From: Chloroflexota bacterium
GTDB taxonomy: Bacteria; Chloroflexota; UBA11872; VXOZ01
Assembly (NCBI GenBank): GCA_965221905.1
Contig: OZ244922.1
Location: 2,720,001 to 2,784,000 of the forward strand
DNA length: 64,000 nt
Direction of reading: 5' to 3'
In this document: one piece after another, positions 40,452 to 50,090 of the stretch
How the letters are laid out: each line of letters starts with the position of its first letter
Position numbering within the stretch: position 1 is the first letter of the stretch
The notes under the pieces: generated by a model
Told to the model about the DNA's origin: nothing
The model's input: only the letters and a program-made list of their open reading frames with translations
The model's database searches: none
Program-made: the position numbers and the translations under genes

Positions 40452-41573
40452 TTACCGAATCTTGCCCCGCGCCCAGATCGGCCAATTTGCCACCACCTCG
40501 CCGTTGCGGTGCATCGCTACTTCATCGAAATTGTTCGTCGCGCCGCAGGCGTGATTTGCTATTACGGAGACGCGCTCGCCGATCTCCGGCGTGCGTTCGC
40601 ATTGGCTCACGTCCACGTGGCCGTGCTCTTCGGACTGCGCAAACATGCGGGCTTCAGGGTACTCGATGATGTGGCAGAACGTACTGCGTGGATCACCAAC
40701 TTGCGGCATGTCGCTCGTAAACGTCTTGGTGCCGCCGTCGAGAATCACGCGCTCCGGCGTGGGCTTGCTCACAACGGTACAAATAATACGCTGGGCGCAC
40801 TGCGCATACGTCATGACGCCGTTGCCGACCGTATTGCGATCGCCGTAGTTGAAGGTGCCGACGCGCACCTCGGTAGCGTGAGGAATCTTGTGCAGGTTGT
40901 GGAAGTCCACTGATCCGCCGCCGCTGACAATTTCCACCGGCATGCCCTGCTGCTTGAAGTAGTCCCTCGCCGCCACGGTCGCCTGCTGCTGTTCCGGTTT
41001 CGTGGTGGGATACATCATGAGACCGCGAAAGTGCACGCCCCGCAGCTTATCTATCGTCTTGGCCAGCGTCAGCGCGTCTTCTTTAGTCGGCACACCCGTA
41101 CGCTCGAAATTCGGCATAGCAAGCTCGACAACGAGGTTTATCGGATGATTGGAATCGGCGTAGGCGGAGATCCCGCGGGCCGTGTATTCCGAGTCAACGG
41201 TGAGGGTAATGTCCGTAAGTTGCGAGACCGCGCGCAGGCGCTCGAGCTTCTGCGCGCCCATCACGTTGTAGCAAAGCATGATGTCGCCGGTGATGCCGGC
41301 TTCCACCATCACTTCAACCTCGCCCAGTTTCTGACACGCAATGCCGGTCGCCCCGGCATCGAGCTGCATCTTGGCGATATAGGTTACTTTATGCGTCTTG
41401 ATGTGGGGTCGGTTATTCAGGCCGTGGGCATCGCAATACGCCTGCAGTTCATTGATATTCGCCTGCAAGCGGTCCAAGTCTACGACCATTGCCGGTGTAT
41501 CGAGGTCTTCAATTGTAAGCGGTTTGCCGCGCGCCGGAGCCGCCGCAACTGCCGCCTGTGCCGCACTCGTCAT
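40452..41573 (-). CDS. Fold-type III PLP enzyme, D-threonine aldolase / D-serine dehydratase family
   Basis: LDTPA, RPHIKTHK, SGGGS, SEEHG, NHAC. Confidence 0.9.
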   Translation of the reverse strand: MTSAAQAAVAAAPARGKPLTIEDLDTPAMVVDLDRLQANINELQAYCDAHGLNNRPHIKTHKVTYIAKMQLDAGATGIACQKLGEVEVMVEAGITGDIMLCYNVMGAQKLERLRAVSQLTDITLTVDSEYTARGISAYADSNHPINLVVELAMPNFERTGVPTKEDALTLAKTIDKLRGVHFRGLMMYPTTKPEQQQATVAARDYFKQQGMPVEIVSGGGSVDFHNLHKIPHATEVRVGTFNYGDRNTVGNGVMTYAQCAQRIICTVVSKPTPERVILDGGTKTFTSDMPQVGDPRSTFCHIIEYPEARMFAQSEEHGHVDVSQCERTPEIGERVSVIANHACGATNNFDEVAMHRNGEVVANWPIWARGKIR

Positions 41574-41676
41574 GTTCGCCTCACTTCCCTGTTCGTTGAC
41601 ACTCAGTATGCATACGATACCATAGAACTACTTATCTCTCCGTGCGGACTCAGCCGTTAGAGAAGGACGACAGTGG

Positions 41677-42603
41677 ATGGCTCTAGCTTCACGATACGCT
41701 GACCTGGCCGGCAACATTCCCACCATCTCGACACCCATGCGTGACGGTGCAGTCGACCACGCGAGCTTGCGGAGTCTATTGGCCTACATCTACCCTCACG
41801 TTGACGGCTATCTAACGTGCGGCAGCGTTGGCGAAGGCGCAAGCCTTACGCTCGACGAACGCATCGCCGTAATGCAGACCGTGGCTGCGTTCCGCGAGAA
41901 TACTACGCCGCGCGGCACCTGGTTCTTTGGTACATCGGGCACGGCCCTTCCTGAAATTGAGCGCCTTGTGCGGGTCTGCGTGGACTACGGCGTGGACGCG
42001 CTCTTGACCCCTCAGCCGTCATATTTCGCCATCTCACCCCCCATGCCCCAGCAGTTCTTCGCGGCCGTCGCGGGCATGAGCGACCTGCCCGTTGTGATTT
42101 ATGACAACCCGTACCCTACGAGCTACTATCTGGGTACCGATGAGATAATCGCCTTGGCGGCTGACAACCCAACCATCGTCGGTGTGAAGATTACGGACCC
42201 GAATGTGCAGAAGGTCAGCGCGCTCAAGGCCCGCAGCGACATGCTCGTTTACACGGGCGATGACTTCATCTGCTGGCGCATGCTCTGCCGCGGCGCTGAC
42301 GGCGCCATGCTCGCCTATCCGATGATCTTGCCGGAGACTTTCGCGCGCATGTACCGCCAGCTTAGAGAGGGCCGTCGCGATGAAGCGTTTGCGGTCTGGT
42401 CGCAGGAGATACTCCCTTTTGTAAATGAGTGTCTGCGCGACACGGACTACGTGCAGACCAGCAAGGCCGCGCTCCACCGCCTCGGCGTAATCGCTTCCGC
42501 GGAGATGCGTTTGCCGCTAACGCCCTTGGACGCCACGCGCCGGCAAGAGGTAGACGAAGCGCTCGCGTTCATCCCTGAGGCGCAATCACGCTTGAGCATT
42601 TAG
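41677..42603 (+). CDS. DapA-like (class I aldolase) protein
   Basis: CGSVGEG, VIYDNP, VGVKIT, YTGDD. Confidence 0.88.
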   Translation: MALASRYADLAGNIPTISTPMRDGAVDHASLRSLLAYIYPHVDGYLTCGSVGEGASLTLDERIAVMQTVAAFRENTTPRGTWFFGTSGTALPEIERLVRVCVDYGVDALLTPQPSYFAISPPMPQQFFAAVAGMSDLPVVIYDNPYPTSYYLGTDEIIALAADNPTIVGVKITDPNVQKVSALKARSDMLVYTGDDFICWRMLCRGADGAMLAYPMILPETFARMYRQLREGRRDEAFAVWSQEILPFVNECLRDTDYVQTSKAALHRLGVIASAEMRLPLTPLDATRRQEVDEALAFIPEAQSRLSI

Positions 42604-42715
42604 TACATCCTGCGCTCGAACTAAAGCGCAGTCACGTCACTAAAGGGATAGTTTCTGGAGAACTGGATGTCGGGCCAACAAGACAATCCGATGGATAACA
42701 AGCATGAGCCGACCT

Positions 42716-43004
42716 GCACTTCGACAGGCTCAGTGCGAACGGATAAGTGAGGGCCGTAAGGTCAATAAATGAGAGCCGGTAGGTCAACAAAGCACTTTGT
42801 CAAGAGTTAACTCTTGGTGGGTAGGCTCTTCAAGAATTCGCTCATGAAATGCCGGCTCGCAGAGGGTGGACATTCACAAGTTCGCACATGGAGCGTTGGC
42901 TTGCGACGAGCGCGTTCAAAAGAGTAAGGATTTCGTTCAGCCCAAGCCCGTTCGTGCTGAGCCTCGCCCGTCCTGAGCTTGCCGAAGGATCGAAGCATGA
43001 ACGG
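42716..43004. repeat. Family-A REP pair; the second copy carries a nested 23-bp palindrome
   Basis: GCACTTCGACAGGCTCAGTGCGAACGG (42716) and CCGTTCGTGCTGAGCCTC[GCCCGTCCTGAGCTTGCCGAAGG]ATCGAAGCATGAACGG (42948). Confidence 0.85.
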
Positions 43005-43131
43005 AAACATCGAAAGAACGTGCACTGGCTCTGAAATCAAAATGCGCAGCGGCCCCATTCTTCCCATTCTCAGCGCAGATATGGCAAAGTGAACAACACG
43101 ATAACATCCAAGACAAAGAAGGAGGCAGCTA

Positions 43132-44433
43132 ATGGCCGATCCGGCGCAGCAAATTGACGACTGGGTAGAAACCCACAAAGATGAGCTTATAAAATTCCTG
43201 CAGCAGCTTGTGCAAATCCCGTCGGAGTCGCTCCCGCCCGAGGGACACGAGGCGGCTGCCCAAGAGTTCGTTGCCAACGCCTTCCGTCAGGCCGGTGCGG
43301 ACGTTGACGTATTCGACCCCATCGACGTGCCCGGCCTCACCGAACACCCCATCTACCTGCCGGTGTGGGGAGACATGCCCCGCAAATTAGAGGATCGACC
43401 CTGTGTCGTCGGCGTCTTTCGGGGTTCCGGCGGTGGCAAATCCTTGCTTGTTTCGAGCCACATTGACACCGTTGGCGCCGATGATCCCGCGTTGTGGACG
43501 GAAGCCGCACCCTTTAGTGCGGCAATTATCGACGGCAAGATGTACGGTCGCGGCACCTACGATACCAAGGCCGGCATCGCCTCCAGCCTCTTTGCCATTC
43601 GCTGCCTGCGCGAGCTTGGGCTGCCGCTCAAAGGCGACGTCATCGTCGAGAGCGTCTCGGACGAGGAGTTTGGCGGCTCCCACGGCACGCTGGCGTGTCG
43701 CCTCAAGGGCTACAACGCCGACATTGCCATTAACTCCGAACCGACGAACATGCACGTTGCTCCGGCCACTCGCGGCGGCGGCCAGTGGAAGATCACCGTG
43801 CAAGGTGAAGCCGGCATGGCGCTCGGCGGCGCGGAGCGTGTGAGTTCATCATTCAAGATCGCCTGGGTCATTGAAGCGCTGCGCCAATACAACCTCAAGC
43901 GCAATCGGGACATCCCCACACCGCCGCATTACGCCCATGATCCGGGCCTGCCGCTCTATGTCTCCCAGATCGGCGGCGGCGGCGATACGTTTGCGGAAGA
44001 CCAAGGCGCAGCGCCGCCATCCTGCTACGCGAACGTGTGGTGCGAGGTTTATGCCGGTATGACGGCGGAAGAGCACATGCAGGAGATCAAGACGTTCGTC
44101 AACTCCTACCTGGACGGCATCGAGGGTTTCGACGGCGAATACCCTGAGTACAAGCTGGAACTGCGTTTCCTGCCGGGCAGCGAAACCAGCACCGAGCACC
44201 CCATCTTTGACCACTTAGCCGATGCGTACCAGTCGGCGAATCGCGACTACCAGATTCAGGGTGCGCCCTTTGCTTCCGACGGCTACGTTTTCAACCTGCA
44301 CAGTCCCACGCCGGTCATCACCGTGGGCGTAGGCGGCGATAACGCCCATGCGCCCAACGAGTACATTTACGTGCAGGACCTGATCGACCTCACCCGTATC
44401 TTTGCACGCACCATGACCTCGTGGTGCGGCTAG
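43132..44433 (+). CDS. M20 metallopeptidase / ArgE-DapE-like deacylase
   Basis: SHIDTV, GRGTYDTK, DEEFGG, SEPT, AHAPNE. Confidence 0.92.
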   Translation: MADPAQQIDDWVETHKDELIKFLQQLVQIPSESLPPEGHEAAAQEFVANAFRQAGADVDVFDPIDVPGLTEHPIYLPVWGDMPRKLEDRPCVVGVFRGSGGGKSLLVSSHIDTVGADDPALWTEAAPFSAAIIDGKMYGRGTYDTKAGIASSLFAIRCLRELGLPLKGDVIVESVSDEEFGGSHGTLACRLKGYNADIAINSEPTNMHVAPATRGGGQWKITVQGEAGMALGGAERVSSSFKIAWVIEALRQYNLKRNRDIPTPPHYAHDPGLPLYVSQIGGGGDTFAEDQGAAPPSCYANVWCEVYAGMTAEEHMQEIKTFVNSYLDGIEGFDGEYPEYKLELRFLPGSETSTEHPIFDHLADAYQSANRDYQIQGAPFASDGYVFNLHSPTPVITVGVGGDNAHAPNEYIYVQDLIDLTRIFARTMTSWCG

Positions 44434-44454
44434 AAGGGTTCGTGAAATGAGTAG

Positions 44455-44684
44455 CCGTTCATCCTTAGACCCTTCGACAAGCTCAGGACAGGCAGGCTCA
44501 GTGGCTGCCCCGTACTCGATACGGGGACGAACGGATATTGGCTTTCTTCAAGGAATTCTTCTTTCTTCCCTTCGTAGTGAGCCTGTCGAACGAGGAATTA
44601 TCCTTTCTTCCGTTCGTGGTGAGCTTGTCGAGCGAGGTATTATTATTTCTTCCGTTCGTGGTGAGCCTGTCGAACCATGAACGG
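44455..44684. repeat. Family-A REP cluster: a doubly nested copy plus three tandem 42-bp units
   Basis: 44455-44534 CCGTTCATCCTTAGAC[CCTTCGACAAGCTCAGGACAGGC]AGGCTCAG[..CCCCGTACTCGATACGGG]GACGAACGG; 42-bp units at 44551, 44593 and 44635. Confidence 0.85.
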
Positions 44685-44729
44685 CGATTGGCTGAGATTT
44701 TTCGCACATCCCCTAAGAGAGGTCTTGCC

Positions 44730-46142
44730 ATGCAGCAACCCCACATTCTGCTGATCACGTCCGATCAGCATCGCGGTGACAGCTTAGGCATCAACGGGCA
44801 TCCGGTGGTCAGCGCGCCCAATCTCGACTATCTCGCCGCCTCCGGCGCCAACTTCCCACGTGCCTACGTGGAAGGGCCCTCCTGCATCGCCGCGCGCCGC
44901 ACGATTATCTCCGGCCAGAAGCCGGTGACCCACGGCATGGTGACCTATTGGGACGGCGTGCCCTGGGAAATCGAACACACTCTGCCGGGTGAGCTAGGCA
45001 AAGCGGGGTACCAGACCCAACTCGTAGGCAAGCTCCACATGCATCCGCCCCGCAAGCGCTATGGGTTCGATCACGTGATTTGGGCCGATTCGCCCTGGGG
45101 AGATAACGACTACACGAACTGGCTGCACGAGAACGGCGTTCAGTCCGTCGCGCCGGGGGTTGCCCACGGCCAGGACATGAACTCCTGGGTTGCCCGACCT
45201 TCTCATCTGCCGGAAGAACTGGAGCACACCACCTGGTGCACCAACGAGGCCATGCGTTTCCTTGACCGCCGTGATCCGTCGGCGCCCTTCTTTCTCTATG
45301 TGTCGTACTTTGCGCCCCATCCACCGCTCACGCCGCCGCAGTTCTACTACGACCGCTATCTGTCGCTGCCCACGCCTGAACCCGTCGTCGGCGACTGGGC
45401 GGACAAATATGACGGTCCGGTGGTTGGGCTTGACCCCAACGCTCCGCGCGGCTCGTGGGACCCCGAGGCCATGCATCGCTGCCGCGCGGCGTACTACGGG
45501 CTGATAAACTTCGTCGACGACCAGGTAGCCCGCCTCCTGCAGCACGTGCGCAAGCTTGGTCTCTTGCAAGACACGTTCATTCTCTATACCTCCGACCACG
45601 GCGAGATGCTGGGCGACCACAACCTCTTCCGCAAGACGTTTGCCTACGAAGGATCCGCCCGCATTCCGTTCATGGTCAATGCGCCGGACTGGCTGGTGAA
45701 CGAGAGTGGTACGGCCAGCGCAAACGTGGTGGGGCTGCAAGACGTCATGCCGACGCTCCTCGACGCAGCCGGCGCGCCCATCCCTGACACGGTTGACGGC
45801 GCCAGCCTGCTGCCGCTCATGCGCGGCGAGGACACGGCGTGGCGCGACTACCTCCACGGCGAGCACCTGGGCACCTATCGCCCGGAAGACGCCATGCAAT
45901 ACCTCACCGACGGCAAGGAGAAGTACATCTGGTACACGGTAAAAGGCGAAGAACAGCTCTTCAACCTGGCAGACGACCCGCAGGAGTGCCTTAATCTTGC
46001 CCCAGACCCCAACCACCAGGATTGCCTCATGCTCTGGCGCAAGCGCATGATCCAAGAGCTATCGAGCCGCACTGAAGGCTACACAGACGGCCAAACCCTC
46101 ATCTCCGGCCGCCGTCCAAATGCTTTCCAACCGGATGAGTGA
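44730..46142 (+). CDS. Formylglycine-dependent sulfatase (CxAxR variant)
   Basis: PHILLITSDQHR, CIAAR, GKLH, APHPP, TSDHGEMLGDH. Real start is ATG 44730; the longer ORF reads through the repeats. Confidence 0.93.
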   Translation: MQQPHILLITSDQHRGDSLGINGHPVVSAPNLDYLAASGANFPRAYVEGPSCIAARRTIISGQKPVTHGMVTYWDGVPWEIEHTLPGELGKAGYQTQLVGKLHMHPPRKRYGFDHVIWADSPWGDNDYTNWLHENGVQSVAPGVAHGQDMNSWVARPSHLPEELEHTTWCTNEAMRFLDRRDPSAPFFLYVSYFAPHPPLTPPQFYYDRYLSLPTPEPVVGDWADKYDGPVVGLDPNAPRGSWDPEAMHRCRAAYYGLINFVDDQVARLLQHVRKLGLLQDTFILYTSDHGEMLGDHNLFRKTFAYEGSARIPFMVNAPDWLVNESGTASANVVGLQDVMPTLLDAAGAPIPDTVDGASLLPLMRGEDTAWRDYLHGEHLGTYRPEDAMQYLTDGKEKYIWYTVKGEEQLFNLADDPQECLNLAPDPNHQDCLMLWRKRMIQELSSRTEGYTDGQTLISGRRPNAFQPDE

Positions 46143-46212
46143 TTCCAAGAGAGGAAAGGGTTGGTGCGAAGGGAATTCTAGGCATTGCAAGAACACGTGG
46201 TGAGTGGAATCA

Positions 46213-46247
46213 CAAAGGGGGCGCTCTTTGAAAGAGCGCCCCCTTTG
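46213..46247. terminator. Bidirectional terminator-like hairpin between convergent genes
   Basis: CAAAGGGGGCGCTCTTT-G-AAAGAGCGCCCCCTTTG, a perfect 17-bp inverted repeat. Confidence 0.8.
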
Positions 46248-46279
46248 ACTATGTGCCTATCGCAGATGCAAGTCTGCTG

Positions 46280-47653
46280 CTAGCTGATGACGCCCAAGCG
46301 CTTGAGCTCTACCTGCTCCTCTTCCAGAATCTTGTTGCCGATGGCGACGCCGGTGGCGACGGCTTCATCCATTGTCACCTCGTTGTCCACGGCCTTGTTA
46401 AGCTCGGCCGGGATGGCGCTGTTCCACTCCAGGGTGGAGTACGACTGCGGGTAGTCGTAGCCCCAGTCCATGGAGTCTAGGAACTTCTGGGCCAATTCGG
46501 GGAAATCGTTATTGGCGGTCCAATTGCGGGAGCCCTTCCAACTGCCGGGCATGGTGAACTCGGCAGTGGAGTTTTCGCCGGTGTCCGACGTGGTGGCGTA
46601 CTTGATAAATTCCCACGAGTGGTCCGGCGTTTCCACCTGGTCGCCCGCCGAGAATGAGGAGCCGTGTACCACGTTGGCCTGCCGGGCGTTCATGGGCAGG
46701 TACTGCACGCCCCAGTTGATGTGATCCAGCGGCGCGAGATGACCGAATTCCCACGGGCCGCTGGCGCGGAACGTAATTAAACCGTTGTGGAACATATTCC
46801 GCTTGCCGCCGGAATCGGAGGCTTCCGGACGCGTGGGCGCCACGCCATGCTGGTGAATGAGGCCGTGCATGAAGTTAAACGCTTCCAGCCCTTCCGGCTG
46901 ACCAAAGAGGAACTCCGTCTTCTCTTTGTTCAGGATTTCGCCGCCATTCGCAAGGACGTAGTTGTAGCCTTCGGTCTGTCCCCAAACCGAGACGTAGGTA
47001 CCCCAGCGCTCCGGCGTTTCGCCCTTGCGGACCGTGAGCTTCTGCGACATCTCCAACCAGTCATCAAACGTCCAGCCCACTGCCGGCTCGTCCAGTCCTG
47101 CCTCTCCCAAATGCTCTCGGTTGTAGTACATGCCGATGGTGGCGTGGAAGTTGGGTAGACCCCAAACCTTGCCGAACAGTGTATAGACGTTCACGAGATA
47201 CCCTGGGAACGTCTCCAGCATGTCTATGTTGTCGGCCTTTACGTAGGGCGAAAGGTCGAAGAGGATGTTGTTCGCCGCGTGGAACATGATGTTGGGGCCG
47301 TTCATGATCATCACATCGAACGGTGTGCCCGCGGCGGCTGAGGTCTTGAGCTTCGGCCAATACTCTCCCCACGCCGTAATATCGATGGAGAGGTCGAGAT
47401 TCGCGCTGACCTCCTGCTTGTAGCCGTCAATACACCGTTGGTAGTCCCCGCCCTGCGCCTCCGTATAGCAGATGGCATTGAGCGCCACCGTTTCCGGCTC
47501 CGCCGGTTTTGCTTCCGCCGCCGGTTTCTCAGCCATGTCCGCGTCCGGCTCGCTCGTCATTGTGGCCTGGCCGCACGCCGCGAGCAGCAGCGCGCCGCTC
47601 CACCCAAGCATGCCCGCCAGCACCCCACGTCGTGTTGCTCTGTTCTGAAGCAT
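46280..47653 (-). CDS. Sugar ABC transporter substrate-binding Tat lipoprotein (orphan; paralogue of 33753-35123)
   Basis: ATRRGVL...LAAC signal; shares FGKxWG, WGQTxGYN and NGG.ILN blocks with the other binding protein. Confidence 0.9.
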   Translation of the reverse strand: MLQNRATRRGVLAGMLGWSGALLLAACGQATMTSEPDADMAEKPAAEAKPAEPETVALNAICYTEAQGGDYQRCIDGYKQEVSANLDLSIDITAWGEYWPKLKTSAAAGTPFDVMIMNGPNIMFHAANNILFDLSPYVKADNIDMLETFPGYLVNVYTLFGKVWGLPNFHATIGMYYNREHLGEAGLDEPAVGWTFDDWLEMSQKLTVRKGETPERWGTYVSVWGQTEGYNYVLANGGEILNKEKTEFLFGQPEGLEAFNFMHGLIHQHGVAPTRPEASDSGGKRNMFHNGLITFRASGPWEFGHLAPLDHINWGVQYLPMNARQANVVHGSSFSAGDQVETPDHSWEFIKYATTSDTGENSTAEFTMPGSWKGSRNWTANNDFPELAQKFLDSMDWGYDYPQSYSTLEWNSAIPAELNKAVDNEVTMDEAVATGVAIGNKILEEEQVELKRLGVIS

Positions 47654-47984
47654 TGCTCTCCTCCTTGAATTGCTTTCAACGCTCCTACGATATGGGCAGT
47701 ATACCCACCAATAGTCATGCCAGCAAGGCCGTAGGACTTGGGCAATGGTGACCTGCGGTCAATGAAATGAGCGACGTGACTATTCAAGAACGTCTGAGAG
47801 GCCAAAGCAATTGAGACTTACCCCCCCCCTCGGATGACGCCTGCATGACCCGAAAACGCGACCAGTGAAGATTCGGGAGACGAATTGCTCCAAGACCTCC
47901 GTGATATTGCTATGCTGGAATAGAGTGAAATTCCCAAACTGGCGACGGAGAGTTAGAGGTCTTCACAATAGGGCGGAGGTAGTC

Positions 47985-48329
47985 ATGGCACCACTAGCCG
48001 CAGAGAATTGCGTGGTCTGTCGCGTAGGCGCGCCGACGATGACCGCAGACGAAATAGCCGAATTTCAGCCCCAAATCCCCGAATGGAAGCTCGTTGAGCG
48101 GGATGGCATTCCGCAGTTGGAGCGAGTCTACGCCTTTCGGAATTTTACCCAATCGCTGGCATTCACCAACAAAATCGGCGCCTTGGCGGAAGAGGAAGGA
48201 CATCATCCCGCTATTCTCACCGAGTGGGTGGGCGTCACTGTGTCGTGGTGGACCCACAAGATACGCGGGCTGCACCGCAACGACTTCATCATGGCGGCCA
48301 AGACGGACGCACTCTATGGGAGCGATTAG
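47985..48329 (+). CDS. phhB: Pterin-4-alpha-carbinolamine dehydratase
   Basis: CVVC, EEEGHHP, WWTHKIRGLHRNDFIMAAKTD; GGAGG RBS before ATG 47985. Confidence 0.93.
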   Translation: MAPLAAENCVVCRVGAPTMTADEIAEFQPQIPEWKLVERDGIPQLERVYAFRNFTQSLAFTNKIGALAEEEGHHPAILTEWVGVTVSWWTHKIRGLHRNDFIMAAKTDALYGSD

Positions 48330-48445
48330 CGTTCCTGAATGCCACCTCTACACTAGGGCCGTTCATCTAAAGTGCACGTGAGAATTAACCGCATCTCCTT
48401 CCCCAACCTAGCCTGGTTCCGCGTCCCTAGAGAGTGAGGCGCTCT

Positions 48446-48541
48446 CCGTTCGTGCTGAGCTTGTCGAAGTACGGACGGAGAACGGGAACCACCAACCTGC
48501 CATCTCTGCCGTTCACCCTTCGACAGGCTCAGGGCGAACGG
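48446..48541. repeat. Inverted family-A REP pair
   Basis: CCGTTCGTGCTGAGCTTGTCGAAGTACGGACGG ... CCGTTCACCCTTCGACAGGCTCAGGGCGAACGG between convergent genes. Confidence 0.85.
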
Positions 48542-48639
48542 CAGGGCTTGCCCAACGTTCGCAACCGTCTTGCGCCGGACGCGTCGAGATACGACGAGGA
48601 ACACGCCACGGGAAATAGTTAGCGTGATTCTCTTGAATT

Positions 48640-50073
48640 TCAGCCTTCCCCTAGTTCTTCCTCGGCATTGCGGCGCAGTATCAGCGGGCTGAGCACGGCG
48701 TAGAGTACAAACGCCACGATGAATGACGGCAGCGAGCCGCCGAAGCCCGTCAGTGCGTCCGGCACGAGGCCCTGTACACCTGAAACGTACGTGCTTAAGA
48801 GCGTAGGGCTCACGGCGTGGTAGACAATGACGCCGGCTGCCCAGCAGAACAGCCCCAGCCAGTTCACACCGCCCAGGTACCAGTATTTGCCATCACGCTC
48901 GTAAAGCTCCGCAGTCTCATACTCCTGCCGCCGCACCACGAAGTAGTCCGCCGCCATCACGCCAAAAAGCGAGATAAAGATCGAGCCAATGAGCAGCAGG
49001 AATATCTCGTACGTCACCATGTTCAAGAACGACGCCAAGATCAGGCCGATCGCGGCGACAATCACGACGAAAACCCGCTGCGGGATGCGCGTGAACACAT
49101 TTTGAGCGGTGACGGCCGCCGAGTAGATGTCGGCGAAGGCCTGATCGGTCTCCACGGCCAGGGTGGCAAGCAGCGCCAGCCAGCCGGCGGTAAACACAAG
49201 GATCGCGCCTGCGATTGCCACTGCCGGGTTGCTCAAGTCGCCGAGCGTCACCGTCGCCACCAACAGTATGCCGAGCGCGTAGAACCAGATGTTCGCCAAG
49301 AGATACCCCAGCCCGGATCCGGCAAACGCGCCGTTATCGCTGCGGCCAAACCGGCTGTAGTCCGCGATGAGCGGTATCCAGGAAATCGGCATGGCGATGA
49401 CGAGATCCACACCTACCCAGAAAGGCGCGCCATCCGTACTCGACTGGGAGAGCACGTCGCCAAGGTTGAAACTGCTCACGATGGAGTAAGTGAGCCAGAG
49501 CGACGCCGCCGTCATTACCCAAATGCCGAACTTCTCCATCCACTGACGCACAACCACAATCGGGCCGCCCAGGGCAAACGCTGTGCAAATAATCGCAAAG
49601 ATGACGAGCCAGAGCAGGTACGCGTCAAAGCCGAACACGGTCTTTGCGACATGATTTGCCGCCCACGACATGGCCCACAGCTCAAATGCCGTCCACCCCA
49701 CAAGCTGCAGGAAGTTGAAGGCGCTAGGCACATAGGAACCGCGAATGCCCAAGACGGGACGCAACAGTACCATGGTGGGCACGTTCACGCGAGCGCCTGC
49801 ATAGGCCATGAGTGCCAGCAGAAAGACTCCGATAATGCTGCCGACGATTACCGCCAGCAGCGCCTGCCGGGGGGCCATGCCCAGGCCGTGGTCTTCTGCC
49901 GGCAGCACCAGCAAGGCGCCGGTGAGAATAACAAGCAGACCGATCCCGAGGTTGAACCAGAGCACGAAATGCTGCCGAAACGTCATGCGGCGCTCTGACG
50001 GCGGTACGGGGTCGACGCCCCATTCCGGCGGTACCTCGACCCTTGGCAGTACCTTGGACAGTGATCCGAGCAT
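48640..50073 (-). CDS. cytX: NCS1-family permease, probable hydroxymethylpyrimidine transporter
   Basis: About 12 TM segments; QLVGWTAFE, MPISWIPLIADYSR, DIYSA; preceded by a TPP riboswitch. Confidence 0.8.
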   Translation of the reverse strand: MLGSLSKVLPRVEVPPEWGVDPVPPSERRMTFRQHFVLWFNLGIGLLVILTGALLVLPAEDHGLGMAPRQALLAVIVGSIIGVFLLALMAYAGARVNVPTMVLLRPVLGIRGSYVPSAFNFLQLVGWTAFELWAMSWAANHVAKTVFGFDAYLLWLVIFAIICTAFALGGPIVVVRQWMEKFGIWVMTAASLWLTYSIVSSFNLGDVLSQSSTDGAPFWVGVDLVIAMPISWIPLIADYSRFGRSDNGAFAGSGLGYLLANIWFYALGILLVATVTLGDLSNPAVAIAGAILVFTAGWLALLATLAVETDQAFADIYSAAVTAQNVFTRIPQRVFVVIVAAIGLILASFLNMVTYEIFLLLIGSIFISLFGVMAADYFVVRRQEYETAELYERDGKYWYLGGVNWLGLFCWAAGVIVYHAVSPTLLSTYVSGVQGLVPDALTGFGGSLPSFIVAFVLYAVLSPLILRRNAEEELGEG

Positions 50074-50090
50074 CGGTGCAAACCTCCTTC

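Noticed and set aside
44538-44729. N-terminal extension of the sulfatase
   Set aside because: It is translated repeat DNA; the family N-terminus and an RBS (GAGAGG) point to ATG 44730.
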